From: an uncultured Salinisphaerales bacterium
GTDB lineage: Bacteria; Pseudomonadota; Gammaproteobacteria; Nevskiales; CAZYIP01
Reading direction: 5' to 3'
Assembly: GCA_964646895.1 (NCBI GenBank)
Contig: CAZYIP010000001.1
Location: 1 to 60,574 of the forward strand
DNA length: 60,574 nt
This document shows positions 49,701 through 56,500 of the stretch, one piece after another. The first letter of the stretch is position 1. Each line of letters opens with the position of its first letter. Position numbers and translations under genes: made by a program. Under the pieces are notes generated by a model, which worked only from the letters and a program-made list of their open reading frames with translations, searched no databases and was not told the DNA's origin.

Positions 49701-51326
49701 GGAACTCACATTTACGGTGGCATCACCAGAAGGTTTGTACACCCCATCCGCAGGAAGATCGTCTCCTGCATTCTCAATCGTGATGTTGTAAGGATCGAGT
49801 AACCACGAGCCCGATTCACCCTGCATCGCACTCGCGTCCACCGAGCCATTGGCAGTCAGGCCGGTATGGGCCGACGTTTCCACCCAGCCGCCGTCGCCCC
49901 CGCCCGGGCCGCCTCGGGCGCTGACAGCGCCGAAGAAGTTATTGGCATGCGTGCCCCACACCACCACCTGACCGCCGTCACCACGGCCAGTCGCATCGGC
50001 TGAAAGGAAAGCATCAGAGCCGAGATAGGTCGCGTCTGCCAATTGCACGGTACCCACACCATGTGCGTCGCCGCCGACCAGGATGGTGCCGCCGCCGGAC
50101 GCGCCATTGGCGTTGACCAAGGAGAAATCAAACAAGCCCACATGGTATCCGAGAATTTCTGCGGTACCACCACGCGCGCTCGCCGACGATACGTCGATGC
50201 GACTGTTGCCGGTCAGTTCGGTCGTGCCATCGGATTGGATCGTTATTTCGCCGCCGTTACCGCTGCTTCCTTTGGCACTGGTTACACTGCCGCCATCCAG
50301 CGCCACTGTGTCCGCCGCAATCACGTTGACGGAACCGCCATTGGTACCGTCGGCATACAAGTTACCGGACTGGATGATGCTGTTGGCGGTCACGACAATG
50401 GTGCCACCCTGGTCTGAACCGGTACGTGCGGAAGCGTCCAGGGTGCCAGTGTTGACCACGCCCCCGCCCGTTGCCGTCAGGCGAATCACTCCACCTTCAT
50501 TTTCGATGCGCCCGGCCCGGATCACTCCGCTGTTGTTGACCACCTGGCTGAAGACATCGCGTGACTGGTTGCCGGTCAGGAGCACCTGGCCGCCGTCCGC
50601 GTCGATGGTGCCGCTGTTGCTGACCGCTGCGGTGAGATCCGCGGCTTTGTCGATCACGCCCTGATCGATGCGGAAACGCAGCAGCCCGTCGCCATTGAAA
50701 TCGAGGGTGGCGGCGCGGCCGGCACCGAGATTGACATGGCCGTAGCGGGCCAGGATCAGGCCCTCGTTGGCAACCGCACCCCCCATCAGCGTCACCGATC
50801 CGCCGGTCGCGGCCTGGATGAGCCCGCGGTTGATCACCACGCCGGGCACGGTACCGGGCGGCGCTGCGAAACGATAGTCGCCACGCATGAAATCGTCGGT
50901 GGAGATATCCAGCGTGCCGGCCATCAGGCTGCCCACGTTGACACGCGCACCAGCGCCGAAGATGAGCCCGTTGGGATTGATCAGGAACACACGCCCGTTG
51001 GCGTTGATGGTGCCGAGAATCGTGCTGGGATTCTGATCGTAGATACGATTCAGCGCCGCGGCCGAAGCGGATGGCTGGCGAAAGTTCACCACGTCATCGG
51101 GCGCGAGATTGAAACTGCGCCAGTCGATCGCCATCGAGGAGGAGTGCTGGTCGATCACCGTATGCCGGGCATCGGGCCGGCTGATCGTGCCCTGCCCGCC
51201 GACAACCGTACCGCCCTGCGGGGACGCAAGCGCGGAACCCGCGAAGAGCAGGCCGAGCAGAAAAGCGCCCACTCCGGCGAGCCGCCGGCATGCGGGCCCG
51301 TGGAGCACTTCATTTCCCGGTGACAT
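43725..51326 (-). CDS. TpsA-type large exoprotein (filamentous-haemagglutinin family) with N-terminal TPS secretion domain and long beta-helical repeats
   Basis: TPS domain 'IDWRSFNLAPDDVVNFRQPSASAAALNRIYDQNPSTILGTINANGRVFLINPNGLIFG'. ~2500 aa of G/T/S/D/N-rich repeats. ATG 51326 is preceded by GAGAGGGA; the tracked GTG start is 51341. Confidence 0.9.
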   Translation of the reverse strand: MSPGNEVLHGPACRRLAGVGAFLLGLLFAGSALASPQGGTVVGGQGTISRPDARHTVIDQHSSSMAIDWRSFNLAPDDVVNFRQPSASAAALNRIYDQNPSTILGTINANGRVFLINPNGLIFGAGARVNVGSLMAGTLDISTDDFMRGDYRFAAPPGTVPGVVINRGLIQAATGGSVTLMGGAVANEGLILARYGHVNLGAGRAATLDFNGDGLLRFRIDQGVIDKAADLTAAVSNSGTIDADGGQVLLTGNQSRDVFSQVVNNSGVIRAGRIENEGGVIRLTATGGGVVNTGTLDASARTGSDQGGTIVVTANSIIQSGNLYADGTNGGSVNVIAADTVALDGGSVTSAKGSSGNGGEITIQSDGTTELTGNSRIDVSSASARGGTAEILGYHVGLFDFSLVNANGASGGGTILVGGDAHGVGTVQLADATYLGSDAFLSADATGRGDGGQVVVWGTHANNFFGAVSARGGPGGGDGGWVETSAHTGLTANGSVDASAMQGESGSWLLDPYNITIENAGDDLPADGVYKPSGDATVNVSSIASALKGGSEVRIFTNDESAGNSTGNITLESAITASGEGSLYLEAVGSIYVNAGISSDGNAPLNVYLWGNYGGDAEDTSYSANANCPSCEVIIGQNNVANITTTNGDVDVRTGADSGDNSGGSIKVNGEIDTGTGSLAMITGSGDIDAASGKLVIGGASTFDTGEGAITLNNDGNDFSGVVTLKGGNTEIRDSANLTLGTVNSGALTVIGDEITLTGPLTSTSNVNLSAATAGTINLHHGNISADGSVTFNSAVTLGTDVTISSNGITFAHAVNGPYALELDGLAGGVELTSAGADEALSKLTVTSSTASTGSLNIGSGGLSITVTAGDFTQDGEFTVAGASKFDAGEHDINLNDSNNDFQGSVSLIGNNITLVNDGALKLGASTIGGTFDVTAVGDITQNGALTVTGASDIDAGNGAITLTDGGNDFTGAVSLSNSGNHDVALSNGNNALILGDVHVGEGTLEASGAGITQTAGTSITQTAGAGPATFKAGAGVLALGNNGNDFTGTVKLSNSGDHHVTLDNGGNPLTLGVVNTGSGTLTLQNYGGSLTLSQDIKTAGGAIDFSGPVFVDGTSIAIDTTSGGAAGADITFGGDVNGASMDSDGLNLTAGDGAVAFNGALGNSARLQNLTTSSSTFTLASTLDIANNLSITTTGGGIAQSGVWKVGGTSNFDAGDHAINLNGFDNVFTGAVSLSNSGDNEVTLHNNGALQLGASTTGGKLSVTAAGDITQSGKLDIGGEAGFDAGSGTIELNQGENDFRAAVTLKGHGIAVQDANNLTVALLDNGTNGAVSLIAGGTLTLTDAAAAIDTGNSDLTLASNGGALTISNELTGAHVSLTGHSGVTLGSDVTADTLTLRSTDSAIEQTGGSALTVTGTSDIDAGSGAITLNGSGNDFQDSVALIGGKTQIVDSDDLALGALHTGDLIVTSDGPLNLGSGNVGSLTAKSNGGTITQSGALTVAGASDIDADGGTITLQQLDNEFGDAVTLSGGATKIIARNNLTLGMLDTGNLTVTSTGALVLGSGHVGGTLDATSNDGPISQSDALVVTGASAIDAGTGTIELDTPGNDFQAAVTLTGGKTQVVDSNGLILGALQTGDLIVTSGGSLDLGSGSVGSLTAMSDGGAITQSGALTVIGASDIDAGGGAITLQQSDNEFGDAVTLSGGTTKIIARNDLTLGVLDIGNLTVASTGALVLGSGTVDGTLSATSNDGSISQADALTVTGATALDAGTGTIQLDASGNHFGDVIDLVGSAATIAGTDTLKLGQVDTGDLTVKSSGKISQSDSKALKALTVSGISDINGSSIALTNPGNDFQGAVSLTTAGSATIVDANDLTLGVLDTGNLTVISHGNLDLGSVGTGSVGSLSATSNNHDVTQSGALLVTGVSDIDAGSGAITLGQSGNDFGGAVTLRGAAAEIADRNGLTLGAFDTGDLVVTSHGLLDLGSGTTGGDLTATSNGGAISQSGALTVGGTAVIDAGVGAITLNGSGNDFQGPVILTGGKTQITDDKDLTLGVLDTGDLTVTSHGALDLGSGHMGALVATSNGGAITQSGTLAVAGTSDIDAGGGTITLQQSDNDFGGAVALSGGTIRITDNNNLTLGRGEAGDLTVAADMTTLADDIDATGSVRFNSRVQLDGGDVHVQGKRLFFTGSIDATAGNQHLTLTSGEDGVTLNGPVGGTNPLGSLTLDGTGVKTLNSSIHVRGPVTIEGATQLNGGSVTTDGGQIAFNGPVSLSKDTAINSNGGALLLSNAPITGAGQALSLDAGGGDVTLASIGSASDPLGRLSVARAGSLRLSGNVYTQGAIDLNAGGDIQQSGNIDSGGQNVSVGTTHGRITMASQAVTRTHGGDIRYAADNGSVTLGTLDAAQGNATVSALGGSILSNGARPNVIAFNANLEALTEIGKFDTPIYFDVPDDGHITLALGAGIAYIDSRSAATVTSNSAVTNIAGQILQGAAKGEVASLASLGYVDWSAFSPDLRLFGVRSGGLLLPPDQREE
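44900..48750. repeat. Array of ~86-87-aa (~260-bp) degenerate tandem repeats inside tpsA
   Basis: Recurrent unit 'ITQSGALTVxGxSDIDAGxGxITLxxxxNDFxGAVTLxGGxTxIxDxNxLTLGxLDTGxLTVTSxGxLDLGSGxxGxLxATSNGG' read at least a dozen times in the translation. Confidence 0.8.
45980..47100. repeat. Near-identical 519-bp (173-aa) tandem duplication, ~2.1 copies, within the tpsA repeat array
   Basis: 'GCCGCCGCTCAGCGTGACCGCATCACCGAACTC' occurs at 46215 and 46734 (offset 519). 'TCATTGCTGGTGGCG' occurs at 46081 and 46600 (same offset). Long stretches between them align with few substitutions. Confidence 0.8.
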
Positions 51327-51365
51327 GGATGTCCCTCTCACTATCGCAGAGGTACGATATCTTCG

Positions 51366-51424
51366 GTGGGAGCGACTTCAGTCGCGATTCCTGCGCTTCA
51401 ATCGCGGCTAAAGCCGCTCCCACA
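51366..51424. repeat. REP-type palindromic element, copy B (opposite orientation to copy A)
   Basis: GTGGGAGCGACTTCAGTCGCGAT-N12-ATCGCGGCTAAAGCCGCTCCCACA. Its left arm is the exact reverse complement of the right arm of copy A. Spacers differ. Lies in the tpsB-tpsA intergenic region. Confidence 0.85.
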
Positions 51425-51508
51425 ACGGCGGCCGATTCATACATAAAGCTGTACCAGATCAACCGGGCCCGTTGCCCGTGGCCGGATGCCGGGTCGCAAA
51501 TTCCCCGT

Positions 51509-53521
51509 TCAGAAGTCATAGTGGGTCGTGAAATAATATTGAGGCCCATTGCCATCCGAAGGCTCGTCGCCACCGATCGATTTCGCCGCATCGAAACGCA
51601 GGCTCAGAGAGCCGGGCAGATTGAAGCGCAGACCGAGGCCGGCGCCCGCCAGATGTACGGTTTTCTGCTCATTGTTCAACGGCTCGTTGAGCGTGCCTAT
51701 TCCATAATCCACGAAAACAGCGAACTGCAGGATTTCGCCCCAGGTCAGATTATTGAACGCAGGATGACTGGCGAAACCCGGCGCATTGATCAGCCAGTCC
51801 AGTGATGCGAACGCGCCGCTGTCGCGCAGGTATTCCGCCACCGGATAGGCGCGTACGCTGTCAGGCCCGCCCAGCGCCATCTGCTCGATCGAGGTCAGCA
51901 GATCATCCGAATACTGGCCCCGCACGCGGAGCAGCAGCGACTGATTTCGCGTCATCGACTGCAGGCGCGAGAAATTCAGATTGAAACGGGTGAACTCACC
52001 CCCCGCCCGGGTACCGTCGCTACCGACACGGCTGGAATCTTCACTGCCGCCTGCCGGCATCGCACCCAGGAAACCCGGAATGCCCTGGCTGATGCTCAGG
52101 TTGCCCTGGTTGATTCCGTGCAAACGGGTATCGACCAGATCGAATCCCACGCTGGCGCTGAGAACGGACAAATCGTCCCGTGCCACGTCCTGTCCGCTCT
52201 GGGTGATGGTGGCCCGCTTGCGGCTCAGGTCCAGCGTGGCATACAGGTTGGCATTGCGCCCGCGCTGAAAATACTTGCGCAGGTAAAGGTGGCCCATGTC
52301 GGTGACGCCCTCGATGTCGAAGGTCGCGAGATCCTGGCCGACCGAAAAGCTGTTGCGACTGGCCCCCAGGCCCAGTGTCAGGCTCGGTGTGAACAGGGGG
52401 CGCTCATAGAGCACCGATCCGAACAGCCCGTCGGTCGGGTCGAACGTTTGCAACGCGCTCAGGGCGAGCTGGTCCGCAGCACCGGTCGGATTGTTGACTG
52501 CCACGTTGACCTGGCCGCGATACTTGCCGGTGTAGTCGGTGCCGTAGTTGTCGAAGCCGACCCCGACGCTGAAGCGCTGCTCGCGCTGGGCCTTGAGGAC
52601 GAGATCGGTCGTTCCGACGGTTTCACCGGGCTGAAAGACCCCGAACGCGGTCAGGCCGGGATCATCGTTCAGGTACAGCAGCGAGCGATTGATGCCGGCC
52701 TGATCGACCGGCTTGCCGATCAGCGAGGCAAACGGCCGTTGCAGCATCTCGTCGGAATACATCCGGTTGTCTTCCGGCAGTACCCGGCCCAGCTTGCCTT
52801 CCAGCACCCGAATCACGACTTTTCCATCGGCAACCGTCTGCGCCGGCACGTAAGCCTGGGCCAGAATGAAACCATGCTCGCGGTAGTAATGCGTGATCCG
52901 GTTGGCGGTTGCCTGCAACTCGCCCAGCGTGAAACCCTGTTCATCGAATTGCCGCGTCGTGGCGGCGGACTGCTCCAGTTCCCGCAGCGCGGAAGACAGC
53001 TTTTGCTGATCCGCGGCACTGAAGCCCTGAGCATCCGGCTGTTTCTGCTGCGCGATCAGTGCCTGAATCTCCGCCACGCGCCGGCTCATCTGGTCCAGCT
53101 GCTCCGGCGTCACGTTGCGCGAATGGGTTTTCAGGCTCTGCTCGAGGATCGCCTCGATATCCGCCCGCCGGATCCCGGCCTCCGGACGATCCTGCACACC
53201 CTTGAGCACGAAAGCGCGCACACGAATGCGCTTGCCTTCCGTCAGCCCCAGCGGACGCTCGGCGACTGGCGGAATGGGGAAGATACCGGGCTCGGCCGGT
53301 TTCGGCACCGAGGGTTGCGTCAAAACCGGTTGCGCGCCGCCCGGCGTAGCGCCGGCAGGCAAGGTCAAGGGCGGTGCGGCAGCCACGGCACCGGCCACGA
53401 TCAGACCGATGCACGCGAACACCCCCCGGAATGCGAACAACCACCGCCTGTGAGCCGTCAACGCCAAATTTTCATTCCTTGTTTTCGTCGCTACGATACG
53501 GTAGTCACCGCTGCGCAGCAA
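51509..53521 (-). CDS. TpsB outer-membrane transporter (ShlB/FhaC/HecB family, POTRA plus 16-strand barrel)
   Basis: POTRA pattern 'IRVRAFVLKGV...YYREHGFILAQAYVPAQTVADGKVVIRVLEGKLG'. C-terminal barrel ending in '...YYFTTHYDF'. Start is TTG at 53521; an alternative TTG at 53467 is preceded by AAGGAA. Confidence 0.9.
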   Translation of the reverse strand: MLRSGDYRIVATKTRNENLALTAHRRWLFAFRGVFACIGLIVAGAVAAAPPLTLPAGATPGGAQPVLTQPSVPKPAEPGIFPIPPVAERPLGLTEGKRIRVRAFVLKGVQDRPEAGIRRADIEAILEQSLKTHSRNVTPEQLDQMSRRVAEIQALIAQQKQPDAQGFSAADQQKLSSALRELEQSAATTRQFDEQGFTLGELQATANRITHYYREHGFILAQAYVPAQTVADGKVVIRVLEGKLGRVLPEDNRMYSDEMLQRPFASLIGKPVDQAGINRSLLYLNDDPGLTAFGVFQPGETVGTTDLVLKAQREQRFSVGVGFDNYGTDYTGKYRGQVNVAVNNPTGAADQLALSALQTFDPTDGLFGSVLYERPLFTPSLTLGLGASRNSFSVGQDLATFDIEGVTDMGHLYLRKYFQRGRNANLYATLDLSRKRATITQSGQDVARDDLSVLSASVGFDLVDTRLHGINQGNLSISQGIPGFLGAMPAGGSEDSSRVGSDGTRAGGEFTRFNLNFSRLQSMTRNQSLLLRVRGQYSDDLLTSIEQMALGGPDSVRAYPVAEYLRDSGAFASLDWLINAPGFASHPAFNNLTWGEILQFAVFVDYGIGTLNEPLNNEQKTVHLAGAGLGLRFNLPGSLSLRFDAAKSIGGDEPSDGNGPQYYFTTHYDF

Positions 53522-53546
53522 TCACCGCGCCGGCCGCCTCCTATAG

Positions 53547-56500
53547 TCATTTGGAGGCGACGCTCAGAGAGCGCACGACGCGAAAACCGGTAACCGGGTC
53601 AGGCGCGGCAGTCGCCTGGCGCTGCAACGAAACCTGACATCTGGAAAGAGGGTCCTGATAGGACCCGCCGAGCGCCGCCAAACCCGAGCCGTCGCGCGCC
53701 CACTCCTGCGCGTTGCCGAGATAGTTGACCAGCCCCCAGCCATTCTCGTCGCCGGTTTGTACCGAAACCAGATCGAACCCCTTGACCAGTTTGCCGCCGT
53801 CGCGGACCTGGCAATTGAATCCCCCTGCCGGCTGCTGGCCGCTGGCCTCCGCCGCATACTGCCACGCTGCAACACTGGGAATGCTGTAATGGTACCCCGT
53901 ACCCTCGCTGAGCCATTGCGTGTAACGCGTCGCGTCCTTGAAGGAGATATTGGTTACCGGCAGGCTGGAGTCGCTGCCCGCCAGCGCCTTGCACTGCCCG
54001 CTGGCCTTGCAGTACGCGTTGTATTCGGCGATCGAAATTTCATACTTGCTGACCGCGAGAGGTGCGCTCAGGGGGCCACCGGGGGGGACTACAACCATGA
54101 GCGGGCCGCGGACGTTCGGGCCGAGCACATCGTAGCAGGTGCCGCGCGCACGGCGGCCGTAACCGGCCAGATCGGCACGGCAGGGCCGCGGCGACGCGGA
54201 ACCGGCGGCCGCCGCAGGGCCGGCAGACGAGGCCACCGCGCTGCCAGCCCGGGAAAACAATGTGCGGGCGATCACCTCGCGCCGCTGTGCCGCGGCGGGA
54301 GTTTTTTTCGCCAGACGCTGGATGCTGCCATCGAGCGCCGCGATGAAGCGCTTCTCGGCTTCCGGATACAGGGAGGGCTGTTCCGTGCGCAGCTTTTTGA
54401 GGGCCGCCTCGATGCCCGGTTCGTTCAGCGCCTGATCACCGCTCAGCGCGGTCTCGACCTGCTGCGCCAATACCTGCCATTGATACCGGGCCAGGGCGCT
54501 CTTCAGATCGGCATCCTCCGGCGCCAGCTTGAGGCCGGCACTGATCAGCTTTTCCGCGTCCGCATACTTGTGGCCCCGGGCCCGCTGGCTGGCCAGGCGC
54601 GCGTAAGCGGCGGCGATCGTCTGCGGCGCGACCGTGGTAACGAACGGATCATCGCTCGGCATGAGCTTCCTCAATTCGGTCAGCGCCGTGTTGGCGGCGG
54701 ATACGTCGCCCCCCTTCGCGGCGGCGGTCAGCGTCTGCTTGAGCGATGCGATGCGGGCGGTGCGCGCCTGTTGCTCGTTCCTTTCCGCTTGAGCCGCCTC
54801 GGCGGCTTTCAGCGATTTCTCCACCTCGGCAAAGGCGGGCAGGTCCGCGAACGCGCGGGCGCGCGACAGCATTGCGCCGGCGTCCGCAAACTGCTGTTCC
54901 TGCACCGACGTCCGGATCCGCTCCAGGTACAGGCCGGCGATGTGGCCTCGCATATCGTCGACCCATTGCGATCCGGCCGGCAGCTCCGACGCCAGCTGCT
55001 GTAGCTGCTCGTGAAGCTCGGCAGCCCATGACTCATCGAACTTCGGCGTGGCGATCAGATCACTGATGGCCTGCTGTTGCTTGCGTGCCTGCACGAAGCC
55101 GGCCAGGCCGTTGCGATCGCGCAGTTGTGTGCGCGTGTGTGCCAGGGCCTGAAGCAGCACGCTGGATTCCGGTAGCAATGCCACCGACGCTTGCAAGGTC
55201 TGCTGCGCGCGGCGCCAGTTGCCGGCGTGGCCGTCGGCATCAGCCGCCGCAACCAGCTTGCCCGGCAATTGCGCCCGGGTTTCCGCCACGAGAGGATCAT
55301 CAGGTGCCAGCTCCGCAAGCTGGCCCGCAGCGGCCAGCGCATTCTCTGCCTGGTGGGGCATCACCTGATTTTTCTCAAGTATTTCATTCAGAATCTTGTG
55401 TAACCCCATGACTCGCCAGTGGTCAGCCGCGGGTGGCGTCTTCTCGGCCTGGGTAATGGCAGCATATTCGGCGTCCAGCGTGGCACTCAGCGCGGCGTCC
55501 ACGGATTGGGCACGGGCCGCCTCGACCGCGTGCTTGGCGTCCGCCAGTTGCCCGTCTGCACGCGCAGCGCGCGCACGGGCGAGCCAGGCGACCGCAAGGC
55601 TGCTGCGTGCCCAGGACAGATGCTCGCTGTCCACGCCGATTCGGTGCAGTTCATCCAGCAGCGCGGCGGCGTTCGGCTCGTTCGGACCGGCAAGCTGTCC
55701 TTGCGTCAGCGCAGCGGAAAAAGCGGCCTCCAGTTGCGTGACATGTCCCCGCCATTGTTCCCGGGCCGTCGCCAGGCGCTGCGTGCGCTGCTTCAGGAAG
55801 GCCGGTTTCAGTATCCCTCCATAGCGCTGGAGTTCGGCATTTGCGGTGTCCCAGTCGAAACGGTCGGTCGCCCGCATCAGCGCCGCCTCCAGTGCCGGCC
55901 TCAGACGGGCACGGAGATCAGCGACAGTCGGGCTGTCCGGAGCCAGCGCCGCCAGTCGTACGGCAGCGTCATGTACAGCGCTGAAATCCTCCAGCCTTTC
56001 CAGTGTTGGAGTTGATTGCTTGAGTTTTTCATCAAGTTCCGCTACCAGCGCTGCGCGGTCGACCTGCCCGAGCTGGATGCGAGCCTTGTCCTGCACGCTG
56101 AGCAAGGCGTCGTCGTGCGGGAAGCGCTGCAGGCCCATCGTCGCGATCGCCGCGGCACGCTGGTCGTCCGACGCGGCAAGCGCGGTTCGGGCGGCATCCG
56201 CAAACGCGAGGGACACGGCGGAATCGTGCAACAGCGGGTTGGTCGGGTCGATCTGAGCGATCGTATCCAGGAGCTGATCGACACCCGGCTGATCCCCGGA
56301 CGCCAACAGACGCTGTTCGAGCAGGCGCTGATTGAGCTGCCGGACGTAGCTGTCCAGCAACTGATTGCGGTGGTCGACGAGCTGCTGGCCGAGTTGGGTC
56401 AGTTCCGCCGAATCCGGGTACAGATCCCGCACCTGCTTGAGCAGGGCGATTGCCGAGGGGAAATCGTAATGCCCCTGACCGGTGTCCGTTTTGTCGGCAA

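Noticed and set aside
43713-51323. Dozens of 60-370-aa plus-strand ORFs inside the tpsA region (e.g. 46944-48059, 46507-47388, 44736-45524).
   Set aside because: They are antisense or alternative-frame readings of the repetitive tpsA sequence. They repeat with the same periodicity as tpsA and have low-complexity composition.
43725-53521. Interpretation as a contact-dependent inhibition (cdiBAI) locus.
   Set aside because: I could not find a VENN or pre-toxin motif, a recognisable C-terminal toxin domain, or a downstream co-directional immunity ORF. It is kept only as a generic TpsBA system.
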